In this document: one piece after another, positions 51,795-63,903 of the stretch | Layout of the letters: every line of letters begins with the position of its first letter | Position numbering within the stretch: position 1 is the first letter of the stretch | Assembly (NCBI RefSeq): GCF_001194135.2 | Contig: NC_068995.1 | Coordinates: 29,338,973-29,402,972, forward strand | Origin: Octopus bimaculoides | Taxonomy: Eukaryota | Length of the DNA: 64,000 bases | Direction: 5' to 3' | The notes under the pieces: generated by a model | Told to the model about the DNA's origin: nothing | Databases searched by the model: none | The model's input: only the letters and a program-made list of their open reading frames with translations | Program-made: the position numbers and the translations under genes

Positions 51795-52400
51795 TCCACT
51801 GTATGGATTGTCACTTTCTCTCTAGTTTAAAGTGATGACCTCAACACTTGTCCTGGCTTAAGAAACGTTCAAGAAAATCAGCTGGATCGGTCTCAAGCAA
51901 TGTCAGATTTTGCTGTGATGTGATCATCCTGGTGAGCTTTTGATCAGGTGTCAGAAGATGTGGTACCCACTGAATGGAAAGTTTCGTCATGCTAATTCAT
52001 TGTACAGAATATTCTCAACTGTCTCACAGGATAAGCTAATAAATAACATTGGTCATTTGATTTATAGTCAATCGCCTGTCATCCATCACTATCTGTTCAA
52101 CATAATGTTTTCCTTGGTGATGGTAGTTGCAGGATATCCAGGCATATCTTGAATCTCCTTTCTCCTCCTGTATTCAGTTTCCCACTTTTGCACTGTTGAT
52201 AAAGCTGAAGCATCATCCTTTAATGTAGCGACCACGTTGGCATGAATGTCCTTGGGGGGCTAAATTCTTTTTCTGCGGGCATTTGATAAGACCATGATGC
52301 TAAATTTTGTCGATTTTCAAGAAAAGTCGCTACTGCTAACATTTTAAGTCTTCTCTGAACAGTCAAATGTCAGTTTAGTTGGAATGAAACAATGCAGCCA
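51795..52400 (-). mobile_element. Mariner transposase 5' half, degraded
   Basis: ATLKDDASALSTVQKWE...VMDDRRLTINQ...QWVPHLLTPDQK...FLERFLSQD. Confidence 0.8.
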
Positions 52401-52664
52401 TTAATAAGAAAGTTGAAATTAATGCGAGCAAGATTTCATAGCTCTGGCTTCACTCCTTCATAGACCAGCCTATGCGAATTATGCATGCTGCTCGGGACGT
52501 CGAAGAAGTGTAATTCTGATCTTTGTTGGTGGATTGGTGTTGTTCGAGTTTGCATATCAATAATCAATTCTTTTTTTACTACCACTAGGAAAATATTCAT
52601 CATACCACAAACTACTGTTTTAAGAGAAGGCGCATCGGATAATACAAAAACGACCGTATATACG

Positions 52665-53030
52665 GATATTCTGTCTATGTTGATGACTTAAAACTTTATG
52701 CAAAGAATATGCATGAGATGAAAATGAGCCTTGACCTAGTTACAACATTCTCAAAGGATGTAGGATTGGAGTTTGGTCAGGATAAATGTTGTTATAAGGT
52801 TGTGAAAAGGGGGAAACTATAAACCAGACTAGTAACATCTCCATCAATGATTTGACCGTGTCCCTTGTATCTGACGAGACTTGTTACAGGTGTCTGGGGG
52901 TGGATGAAAATATATCCTACAATGACACCTGTAACAAAACACGTGTCACTAAAGAATATTACAGCCTAATGAAGAAAATTTGGACCTCAGAACTCTCTAC
53001 TAAAGAATATTACAGCCGAATAAAGAAAAT
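52665..53030 (+). mobile_element. R4/Dong-type RT fragment
   Basis: YVDDLKLYAKN...VTTFSKDVGLEFGQDKC...YRCLGVDENI...KEYY...KKIWTSELS. Contains a 51-bp tandem duplication at 52948/52999. Confidence 0.8.
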
Positions 53031-53305
53031 TTCCACAACTATGCACAGTTTCTTTTCTCTGTCCCAACTCATTATATCAGGTCTGTGCTTACATTTTATT
53101 GAGGTTTTCACTGGGACATTCCACCAGTACTACTTTTTATTATGAATGGGTATGACTTCTACCATACTGCGGGTTCTTATTTCTTTGTCCTCAAGGTTAC
53201 CCTTCCTCCGGATTTCATTATAGAGTGTCCTACAACTGTTTATGATAAGGGTGATATCTTCGGTGTTAACTCCACAAAGTCTCCATCGGTTGTCACATTT
53301 TACTG
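53030..53305 (-). mobile_element. R4/Dong-type zinc knuckle/REL fragment
   Basis: CDNRWRLCGVNTEDITLIINSC and YWWNVPVKTSIKCKHRPDIMSWDREKKLCIVVEI. Confidence 0.8.
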
Positions 53306-53476
53306 CTTTATGCATGTATGTATGTGTGTATGTATGTATGAATGCATGTATGTATGTATGTATGTATGTATGTATCTTCAATTTTTTAATTATTATAAAT
53401 CCTCCACTGAGAAGGGAGCCGTTCTCTAATAAAGATACAAGGCTCCATCTTTGGGATGTAGTTAACACAAACAAAT

Positions 53477-54312
53477 TCACATTTGGAACTTGAGATAAGT
53501 TTTGCATATTTTTACTGTTCCACTCACAGATTGGACTTGTAATGTACGAATTAGCCGGTCAGTTTCTCTTTCTGAGAATCCCAGTTTATCCAGATTCTCC
53601 TTTAAGCATTTACTAACAAAACTTAGTGGTCCAATTATTATTGGTATGAATACGAATTCATAGTCTGGGTATAGAAGCTGGAGCTTTCGAAGCAGTTGTC
53701 CATATATATCCTCTTTCTCACTAATTTTCATTGAGATATTTATATCTGCAGGGCAGCTGACCTCTATGATGGTACATATCTTTGCTCCTCTGTCCCAAAC
53801 AACAATATCCGGCCGGTTATGCTTACAGTTGACAGAAGTTTTGATGGGAACATTCCACCAGTATTCCTTGAGTTGGTGTTTATGAATGTATTCCATAACA
53901 GAGAGATTTTCTAAGTTTATTTCAGGACAATCTTTCTTGTGGATAGCATTGTAAATTGTTTTACCAACAACACCGTGCCGCGTAAGGAGGTGGTACTGTG
54001 ACGACATTTAGGACAATTGCTAATCGCATGCATCATGTCTTCCACAGAAACATGACATAGCCCACACATGCGGTTGCACCTTGGGATTACAAGAGTGTCA
54101 CTCTCTCTTGTTCACCAAGTATTTTGTGACAATTTCTTGTTCCTGGATTGCAAACGCATAGCCTTCAAAGTGTGATGTGATGCAGTGATCTGGTGTCGAA
54201 GAGAGGCTGTGCTTTGTATCAATTCTACTGTCTTCTTCAAGCTTCCGGGCAACATACCCATGTATGGTCTTTTTTTTTTTTTGCATGCTCAGTGCTTTCC
54301 ATCCAGGTTGTA
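53477..54312 (-). mobile_element. R4/Dong-type LINE 3' part: CCHC knuckle and REL endonuclease
   Basis: HFEGYAFAIQEQEI; CGLCHVSVEDMMHAISNC; RHGVV; HNRPDIVVWD...IIEVSCP...KEDIY; open frame over 53477-54007. Confidence 0.9.
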
Positions 54313-54361
54313 TCTGTATGCATGTATGTGTGTATGTGTGTGTATAGTAAGACAGACATAT

Positions 54362-54432
<71 letters not shown>

Positions 54433-54779
54433 TACACGAATATATATACATACGCATATATATATATGTATGTGTGTGTGTGTGTGTGTATACACGTACA
54501 CACATACACGTATGAATATTTATATAAACGTATGTGTATGTATGTGTGTGTATGTGTGGGTAGGTATTTATGTGTGTGTGTGTCTGTGTGTGCGTGCGTA
54601 TGTGTGTATGTGTATACATGCATACATACACATCTATTTAGTATGTATTTCATGTACAGATACATGGTCATCCCTGACTGATGAAAGTGTTCATGTGTGT
54701 GTGTGCATGTTTATGTATGTATGTATGTATGTATGTATGTATGTATGTATGTATGTATGTACGCATGTATGTATAATTA

Positions 54780-54957
54780 CGTGTGGGTGCTGAAAAGTTC
54801 CTGATTCTGGGTAAAAGAAAATACAGAAAGATTGGTTATGATTTTATTCAATATATACCTGTTTTTTTAAAGTCCTATAAGAGAACTCAGAAGGTTGAGA
54901 CTCCAACCAGGCATTTCGTGAGACGCTTAAAGCCTGGAACTTTTCAGCACCCACCCG
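54780..54957. mobile_element. Mariner-type MITE (178 bp)
   Basis: TIRs CG.GTGGGTGCTGAAAAGTTCC / GGAACTTTTCAGCACCCAC.CG with TA on both sides. Confidence 0.9.
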
Positions 54958-54979
54958 TATGTATGTTTATAAATAAATA

Positions 54980-55480
54980 TAGCAATATATATTGTATATA
55001 AAGGATGCGGCGTAGCACCGATAACCAGCTGGCGGAAGATCTGTCTGGGGTTAACATGGAACAGCTACTTTCATGTAGCGATTGACTTTACTTGTTAGTG
55101 CAATTACTACTCTCATCTCTTTTCGCTTGTTGCAAATTGGTGACCGATGGTTACTCTGTTGACATTATATCGCTGGCTGGAGCAGACCCTGGCTATCGCT
55201 CTGCTAACCAAGTGTTCGTGACTGAAGATGAGCCAAACAGCTCGAAACTGAGTCAGTCTCGCCGTCATGTTGTCTGCTAGAGGATGGTAGGGGTTCGGTC
55301 TCCCTGCTGGCAATATATATTGTGTATAAAGGTTACAGCTTTGCACGGATAACCAGCTGGCGGAAGATCTACCTGGGGTTGAACTAGTAGTAACATGGAT
55401 CAGCCACTTTGATATGGCGCTTGACTCTACTTGTTGGTATAGTTACTACTTTGATCTCTTCTTGAGATTTTACAACTATG
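54980..55480 (+). mobile_element. Retrozyme-like HHR repeat, copy D (~1.5 tandem monomers, period 328 bp)
   Basis: The direct repeat gcaatatatattgt.tataaagg...gataaccagctggcggaagatct occurs at 54982 and 55310, with a hammerhead at 55216-55263. Confidence 0.9.
55216..55263 (+). ncRNA. Type I hammerhead ribozyme, best-preserved copy
   Basis: tcgtga CTGAAGA t GAGC caaaca GCTC GAAAC TG agt CA GTC tcgc; predicted cleavage after C55258. Confidence 0.88.
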
Positions 55481-56899
55481 TTGTATTTATAAACAGATTA
55501 GGCACTTGTTCGTCTGGAATAAGTGAAGTGATATAGATACCTCTGAAGGGAACTCATTAAGGTTCGAAAATCGATTAAGCCTGAACATTATTTTATTTCT
55601 AACAACGAAGATATAGTTAATTTTTTCCTGTTTGTATGTCTACTACGTAAGTCGNNNNNNNNNNATATATATATATACATATATATATATATACACATGC
55701 ACATATGTGTATTAAAAAAGAAACTATCTAAAAATATAGGCGTAAACCGGCTTTGTGTGTAGTTTAAGGAAAACTGCTAAAATTAACCGAGAAATTAAGA
55801 AAATGAGACTATTAATTAGTTTTTCAAGTTATCTGCCATATAAGTGCAACTCGATAAATATTATTTGTTTTATGAATTATTAACTGATGTTCACATTAAA
55901 TGATTAAAAACACATGGAAAAGCTTTAAACAATCTTATAAAGGAGTGTGGTGTGCAAACAATTACTTTACTATGTCGCTTGGATGAATTTATTTGGCGCC
56001 AATTATACGAAAATTATACTAGGAAAAACCTATGCAGCCATATTTCCAATTGTTATCCCCTGAACCGAATACATAAACATTTATTAAACTATACGTTGAA
56101 CTGAATAAATAAACAACATATGTGTATATAAGCAAAGTTTTCTGTTGTTCTTTCTTCGTTAAATTCTAGCAGTTACACTTTCCAGAAGTTCTCTGTTGAT
56201 TTTATCGATTTTCATTACACCTTCATTTTTCTCAGGTACTCAATATTACAAGACCACAGATCGAAGTCTTATGAAATCTCATGATATTTGTATTTAGTAT
56301 GAATACTCACAGAAATATTTTGTCTCAGGTGTATCATTAGACACAAAAATGACGCGCGAATGTATACAGAGGGCAGAGAAATGTACATGTACAAATGTAT
56401 ATGCACACACACATATACACGTGTACAACATTCATAAATACATTCATGCAAGAATATATTTACTTATCAATAAAGGGAGTACATCAATGTACATACAATG
56501 AAATTAACATATTTCAAGTCAGTGAAGAACTAAAAGGGTATAGTCTGAGTGTACAGCTGTTTCGGGTGATCCGAGGATAACTGGACTAAAGTACTTAAAT
56601 ATAAATTTATGCATTAATACACATCCTACAATTTAGAGGATGCCAACATTGACTGGAAGAGCAGACTCTCCTAATCATTTGATGGATATTATGTCACATC
56701 CCACATAGGAGGATAAGCATTTGCTATTCGAGAATAATTAATGCTTACTGAATAATTAATCAATAAAAGAGATACTCCAATAAAAGAGATAATCAATAAA
56801 AGAGACTACTCCAAATTTCCATTTGTGATAGAATTACCAAAACCAGCTACAATCATGCTAAACATACATCAGAATCAGAATGTAAAGACAGATTTTAAA

Positions 56900-57110
56900 A
56901 TAGGGAATCATGATGGAACATCCTAATACAAGCAGCAACCAGTTGCAAACACAACAGACCTAATATAGTTCTGTGGGATATCGACCAATTCTTGTACTAT
57001 TATAGGGCCTAGCTACTAGGTTGATGTGAATGTCCCGTCTAAAGCTGTAGTAAAAGAGAACATCTATGGTGAACCAATTATAGCTCTTTTTTTATGGCTA
57101 CCCAATTCTA
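56900..57110 (+). mobile_element. R4/Dong REL fragment, degraded
   Basis: CKHNRPNIVLWD...CTII...DVNV..KAVVKENIYGE. Confidence 0.65.
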
Positions 57111-57354
57111 ATCTGTACCTAATATCGTAGATACAACGGCCAATATATAACAACAGATTTGCATTCGTCTCAAAATGTTGAGGTTTCCCAAGAAAGTACA
57201 AAGCAAACTGACTCACATCTTCCAGATCACAGAATGAATATATACACACAATCACTTGTACATATAAGACACACATACTCATACACACACATACACACAC
57301 ATTCACACACACCTATACAAATTATATATATGCATATATGTGTGTATATGTGTA

Positions 57355-57422
<68 letters not shown>

Positions 57423-57500
57423 TATACACACACATACACACACACATACACACACACACATACACACACATACACACACATACATATATACATATATTTG

Positions 57501-57789
57501 CAGTAGAATCTTGCAGTACGAGTGCCCCATTATACATGTAATTTGGTGTACGAGCCGAGACTCGTGCGAATTGTTGTCTTGATGTACGAGCGGAAATCCG
57601 CAGTACGAACACACAAATCGTCCCATCTTTAAGGTAATTCAGTTAATAAAACCATATTTCTTTTGCATTCTCTTCTATATAATTATATTTTAGTTAATTT
57701 CAATGAGAAAAGTTGATTCGTAAAACGGGTAAATCGGAAGACGAGCTCAGATATGGAACGAATTAAACTCGTACTGCGAGGTATCACTG
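57501..57789. mobile_element. pogo/Tigger-type MITE (289 bp)
   Basis: TIRs cagtagaatcttgcagtacgag / ctcgtactgcgaggtatcactg. Confidence 0.7.
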
Positions 57790-57857
57790 CACACACACAC
57801 ACACATATATAAATATATTATATATATATGCGTATACATGTATGCATATATGTATGT

Positions 57858-57916
<59 letters not shown>

Positions 57917-57974
57917 CATGCATGCATATATATATATACATATATATACACATATGCATATACACACATATAGG

Positions 57975-58228
57975 TTGGGTTATCCGGTTCACGGTCGAAA
58001 GGCTGTGAGTTCGTTTCCGGTGTTGCGCTGTGTCGTTGAGCAAGACACTTTATTTTACGTTGCTCCAGTCCAGTCAGCTAGCAAAAATGAGTAGTACCTG
58101 TCACACGGAACCTTTCTGGGTGGGTACATGTTATGGGTATGCGTGTCAGTGGAATGCTCAGCCAATTGCACGTTAATTTCACGAGCTCCCTGTACCGTTG
58201 ATCCGATCACACGTCGTCGTTACCGACG
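57975..58228 (+). mobile_element. SINE family 3
   Basis: gtgagttcgtttccgg...gtcgttgagcaagacactttattttacgttgctccagtccagtcagctagcaaaaatgagtagtacc. Confidence 0.85.
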
Positions 58229-58759
58229 GTGTGCCACTTACAACAAAACAATCATGAACTAAAAAGCCAAGAAGATAAGAACCCATTAACGAGTTCCTCC
58301 CTCAAGAATAAACAACTTAGGACAACGGGAACAAAAGATATAGAAGATCCACAGATAACCTGTACATCAAACATATAATTCCATCATCCGGTAATTCATA
58401 GAGAAAAAGCAAGAGACAAACATTAGCGTAATATTCCCATTACATTTATGTCTGCTTCAATCATCAAATCTCAAGTATTAACCATTTCATACTAATTACT
58501 ACGAAGCACAAAAATGTTAAAATATTACGTATTGAACAGAAATATCTTCAAAAAGGACATTGCTTCTCTAGAATTAGAGAATTTAAAAACGCACTAGCAA
58601 ACCAAACGTGTGTGCGTTTGGTAGAATTTGGTAGAATTTTACTTATTTAACGCAGTAATAAAAAATTGCATCAAATACAAAGAACCATCATCAGGTAAAA
58701 TTTTAAGCATCGACCTGAACATAGTCAACCTTGAGTTCTATGCTACCGTACCTACCCGT

Positions 58760-60078
58760 TTCTGGTACCCTATGAGTTGATGTGCCTTGGTTCTTATGAA
58801 TGCATTTGCTGTATTGGTAAACGGTCAACGGCGTTGGGGAGCAATGAGATTAAAGTTCTGATTAAGAAAAAGTTAGCTGACACGGGTGACTGGGACCTGT
58901 CTGAATATTGGAAATGCATTACTTGTATCATGAGGATTCACATTGGATATCGAAATGCTGGCTTCATGATTGCTGCTCAATGTTCTGTGAACACTGCGAA
59001 GGCTGTAAGACGTGACAATGAAAGCTGTAACGGAGACTACGAAGCTGTGACCAGCAGGAAAGGACACAGCAGGCATTCCGACTGCATTCGTACGCTAGAA
59101 TTCACCCAACAACTGCAGGACAGATTGATGGAAGATCCGAGTAAGGAAATCTGGGCTTTGACGAAAGAAATGGGTCCTGAATGTGTACCTTTGCAACAAC
59201 ACGTACAAGAGGCGCAAGTGACAAATTCTGACAGCCAACAAATTCTGACAGCCAACAAATTCTGACAGCCAACAAATTCTGACAGCCAACGTCAAGGAAA
59301 ACCGCACGATGAAGACAAAGAAACTCTTGAACAAGCTGAGTCATCATATTGAACCAGAAATTATCTGGTCCCTCTCAGATAAAAAAGAACTTCTGCCAGG
59401 ACCAGTTGTACAGCACCCAGAACAACTGGTGACTTTTTCTACAATCCATGTGATGTCCCACATATCATGAAAATCAAGTTACCCCAAACTGTAATGGTCT
59501 TTAGGTGGGTCTCCAGTGAGGGTGAAGTTGTGCCGCTCCACATCATTGAACAAGGCCTTTGGCTCAATTCAGATGGCTATATGAAGCTACTGGAGACTGT
59601 GGTCAAATCTTGGTTCGAAGAAGTTGCTGGTGGAAGGTCAATGTGTGCAGCAGGATTCGGCTCTATACCATACTTCCGGAAAGAGTCAGAAGTGGTTGTC
59701 GGGGAATTTCTACGACTTCACTAACTCCAATTTGTGACCTCTTAATTCGCCCAATTGTAATCCCATGGTTTACTATATATGGGGTGCGGTTGAGAAATAC
59801 ACCAACTACTCTATCTGCAATATCAAGGTCGAGCTGCTGCCCAGGATAAAGAGGGTATTCGAAGATCTTCGTAGGAGCACAGTGAGGAACGCATACGCCA
59901 GGTTCCGGAACTGTCTAGAGGCCGTGGTAGCAGATTGAGGGTAACTATTTTGTGTGAACTATCTCTTAGCTGTAATCCAGTTGATGTTTTTTGATGTTTT
60001 AGAATACTTTTATTTTTGTATAGGATATTGTTTTCTTTTCCTTTCATACAAACTGTCAAATTTATCCCGAACATCCTG
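58760..60078 (+). mobile_element. maT (DD37D) Tc1/mariner-superfamily transposon, degraded
   Basis: SLSDKKNF; VMVFRWVSSEG; QDSALYH followed by 37 residues to the PNCNPM(V/D) position. Right TIR tttatcccgaacatcctg|TA. The left TIR was not found. Confidence 0.85.
59221..59288 (+). repeat. 4 x 17-bp perfect tandem repeat (acaaattctgacagcca)
   Basis: Exact units at 59221, 59238, 59255 and 59272, inside the transposase relic. Confidence 0.95.
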
Positions 60079-60080
60079 TA

Positions 60081-60112
<32 letters not shown>

Positions 60113-60230
60113 TGTGTGTGCGCGCGCGCGTACGTTTATGGGTATGTGTGTATAATTACATACAAACATACATATATACATATATACACGTCTCTCTGTG
60201 TGTATATACATATATACAAATCATATAATA

Positions 60231-60520
60231 TATTAAGCTAAAAAGAAAGTCCTGTCGCATTTCAAGATTTAAACGAAACAAATGTTTCTTAGGTCTTAAT
60301 TGATATAATTAATCAATATATTACTTCCCCTCGTTACTGATAACATAATCCCCTCCATTTGGCAAATTGTTGATCCCTTGGGTATAATGTTCGAGACAAA
60401 GAAATACACAAAATCATTTTTATCCTCTTCGTAATTAATAAACTGCTTTCCCCTCTAAATAATGTTGCAATGATCTAAAAAGATGATAATCGGATGAGGC
60501 AAGTGAAGGGATTCAGGAGA
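60231..60520 (-). mobile_element. Mariner 3' end fragment
   Basis: LASSDYHLFRSLQHYLEGK...GINNLP, with the probable terminus near 60231. Confidence 0.7.
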
Positions 60521-60807
60521 ATCTTCCTAATTACCTTTTGATCAAAGTTGCCTTGTGATCATAGTATGATCTGAACTGAACTGTTTTGCTAATTTTCACA
60601 CAGTTGGCTTTCTCAAAAACAGTTTTCAGAAGCACAATATTGGTAGACCTCTGTAAGAGAAAAATTTCCATAGTGAAGCAGGCCAAACCATCGCTGGCAT
60701 GTCTTGATGATTAAAGCTTCATTTTCTAAGATAGAATTAATATTTCTTACCGATTCCATTGTCGAAGAAGTAAGTGCACACATAGATGTGTCACAAGTGG
60801 GTGCGCA

Positions 60808-62051
60808 CGGGTCTTCTCATAGGTAATGTTTAGATTTTAAATAAGGAAAATAAGTGATCAAATTTTACATTTTAATGAAACTTAATTGTCAATATAGTTT
60901 CCATAATTATCCATGACATCTTTACATCTACGCGTAAGCTTTTTAATTCCATTAGTCCGAATAGAAGAACCCTGGAAGGTCAGTTTTGACTTACTCAGTT
61001 TTTACCAGAGTTAATCGATCCAAATGATTCTGTAAACTACGGAACAGATGATATTCTGAAGGAGCAAGGTCTGGGGAATAAGGTGGATGAGTAATTTCCT
61101 CCCAGCCAAGTTCCTCTCCTGTGACGTGATCTTGCATTGTCCTGATGAAACACCACTCTCTTTCGATTCATTAAAGCAGGCCTTTCTTCTTCAAAGTAGC
61201 GTTCAAACGCTCTAATTGCTGACAGTAGATTTGAGTATTGATTGTTGCATTAGTTGGTAGCAACTCAAAGTGGATGACTCCTTTGAAACCCCACCAAACA
61301 GAGAGAACCTTCTTCACATGGAATTCCCTTTCCGCTTTTGGCTGAGCCTTTTCCCCTTCAAGCCAATATCAACGATGTTTAACATTTTGATAAAAGCCCC
61401 ATTTTTCATCACCGGTCACCAGTCTGTCCAAAAGGGGCAAGATGAGTTCACGAGAACGAAGAGAAGAGCAGAGGTCTTCTCGTGATTTGCGGTTGGCTCC
61501 AGACAAATCATGAGGCACCCATTTTCCGAGTTTTGTGACCTTTCTTAGCTGTTGAAGATGGCGGTGAACAGTTGTATGGCTTGAACGAAGCTTGCTTGCC
61601 AATTCATCAACTGTAATTGCATGATCTTTTTCAAGTTCTGCCAAAAGGAGCTTGTTATCAAACTCAATTAGGTGTCATGTTCGGGCCTCATTTTCAAGGC
61701 TGAAATCTCCACTTCTGAATTTTACAAACCATCTTCTGCAAATTCTTTCATTCAGGCATCCTTCTGCATAGGCTGAGTGAATATTTCGAGCTGCTTCAGC
61801 TACAGAATTTCCTTCTTTAAACTCATAAATCACAATGTGCCTCAAATGCTCTTTAGGCACTTCCAAGTTTGAAGAGCTATTATAATTAGGGAAATTTCAA
61901 TTAGATTACTCTGCAAAATGAAATTTGATTCGTTTAAATATTCCATATTCACAAAGAATATTATTTGATGCCATTAGACATTCTAAAATACTGTTAAAGC
62001 TTTTACAAACTGAAAATATAGAAGTTCGGACATTATTTATAGATGACCTGA
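60808..62051 (-). mobile_element. Near full-length mariner (DD34D), inactivated
   Basis: MEVPKEHLRH...WFVKFRSGDFSLE; GKWVPHDL; LVTGDEKW; FHQDNAR; HPPYSPDLAPSEYHLF. Diverged TIRs (ggtcatctataaataatg / ggtcttctcataggtaatg); about 1.24 kb. Confidence 0.9.
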
Positions 62052-62206
62052 AATATTCACATGGATATGTACGCATATAACAAAGAAGACGGGAACTGAT
62101 GTCATTTACAGTAGACAATAATAGCTATATAGAAGGAGTTGCTTGTACCATCAAATCTGTTATGAACAGACATATATGTATGTGTGCGCACGTGTATAAA
62201 TATACG

Positions 62207-62210
<4 letters not shown>

Positions 62211-62283
<73 letters not shown>

Positions 62284-62375
62284 GATGATGATGATTATGA
62301 TGATGATGATGATCCTGATCCTGATCATGATCATGATCATGGATCATGATCATGATCATGGATCATGATGATGAT
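62211..62375. repeat. (AAT)n followed by (GAT)n/(GATCAT)n low-complexity tract
   Basis: Direct reading. Confidence 0.95.
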
Positions 62376-62818
62376 CATGTCCTGATGCAGTACCAGGTAG
62401 TGACGCTCATGGCTTCTGATCTTAACCAGTTGAGTATGTTCCTTGGTGGCTGACAATATGTGCATCTCTGATCACGAACAGAAGTAGTGGAAGAGCATCA
62501 TAGCCATGTGTTGAGAGGAATTCTTTGGGGTTTGGATAATTCACCTTTGGAAACATGCGTGTTTCGTTCAACATCCTTAAACAACCCTTATTCAGGGACA
62601 TTTTGAGTGGGACGGGCTACTTGACCTGAAGAAAATTCTAATTGGGCTCCGCATGCGGTGTCATGCGCTGTTTATCTTGATATGAGATCACCATGTCGCG
62701 CACATATGGTTGTGATGCTTGTGCCTAGTGTACCCTCATCAGACGGGTAGTCATGATGGATATACTGGGCTTCATATATTTTACTCCAGAGTCCCTTTGA
62801 TGACATGCACTGCTCAAT
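62376..62818. repeat. Unclassified interspersed repeat bounded by simple repeats
   Basis: GC-richer non-coding block flanked by GAT/AAT/AAC tracts. Recalled as recurrent in octopus assemblies; not verified. Confidence 0.35.
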
Positions 62819-62989
62819 CATCATCATCAGCAGCAGCAGCTGCAGCATAATAACAACAACAACAACAACAACAACAATAATGATAATAATAATTTAAAAG
62901 GATTAACGTAAGTCCCTACAAATGTAAATAGACAATACGAAGAGCGCGAAACGAAATTCGAGACATAGTTACTTCAGTAACATTCAAAT

Positions 62990-63625
62990 ACCAACATGGT
63001 CATGAATCAATATTCTGGTTACGGTTCACTGATGACGTTTTTTTGTCTGGGAAGGATCACAGGATAGTTTCATTGACCTCTTGCATTTCTGTGACCGTTA
63101 TACTAAAATTTACGTCTAGTTTTTCAAAAACTAGCGTTGAATTTTTGGACACAAAAATTAAGTTTTCTGGAGGCAGAATAGTGACAGTTATTTTGCAAGC
63201 CCACGCAATCCCACATTTACCTCCACCGCCGCTCCGATCATCCACATCATATAGTTCGGTCAAATCCGAAATCACAACTTTTGAGGATAAAACTGATTTG
63301 TACTGATATAGGGGATTACTGGAAGCATGCAAATGCTTTTGTACACCAGTGAGTCAGGATTGCAAATGACATAGCTAAGATTAGCAAAGGAAGTTAAACG
63401 TCTACGCATAATTTTAGAAAACAAAGTACCATATGTGACAGAATTCCTTTACTAATTAACTGGCACCGAAATTTTGCTGGCATTTCAAAAGTGTTACATG
63501 AAAGTTGCCAGCATGTTGCAGAAAAATATCCTCATTTCAAACATATATTTCCTCAGCTGCCTATTGTAGCCTTTAGGCGAAATAAAAATATAAGAGAACT
63601 ATTAATCTCTACTTCTGACAATACA
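62990..63625 (+). mobile_element. Penelope-like element (Neptune/Poseidon-like) RT-thumb fragment
   Basis: FWLRFTDDVFFVWEG; VEFLDTKI; KPTQSHIYLHRRSDHPHH; PIVAFRRNKNIRELL. Confidence 0.8.
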
Positions 63626-63712
63626 GTTCTATATTTAAGAGATGCGGAATTATGTACATTACTTACATTATTTACATTTGACGGGTATTTGTCCACATTT
63701 TGTTTGTTGTTA

Positions 63713-63756
63713 ACACAATGTTTCAGCTGATATACCCTCCAGCCTTCATTAGGTGT
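63713..63756 (-). ncRNA. Degenerate minimal hammerhead ribozyme
   Basis: acac CTAATGA aggctg gagggtata tcagct GAAAC att gtgt. The core G5 is mutated and stem III is decayed, while the stem I acac/gtgt pairing is intact. Confidence 0.6.
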
Positions 63757-63805
63757 CTTGGGGAAAATTTCGAACCTGGATTCTCATTCCTAATGTATTT
63801 TTCGG

Positions 63806-63874
<69 letters not shown>

Positions 63875-63903
63875 CATTATTATTATTATTATTATTATTA
63901 TTG
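63806..63903. repeat. (ATT)n microsatellite
   Basis: Direct reading. Confidence 0.95.

Noticed and set aside
59221-59288. Possible CRISPR-like array
   Set aside because: The repeats have no spacers and the context is eukaryotic; no CRISPR, rRNA or intact tRNA genes were seen in the window.
62736-62742. CTGATGA on the minus strand
   Set aside because: No downstream GAAA or stem III at a compatible distance.
63029-63035. CTGATGA motif
   Set aside because: It is the FTDD codons of the PLE RT motif and has no hammerhead stems.
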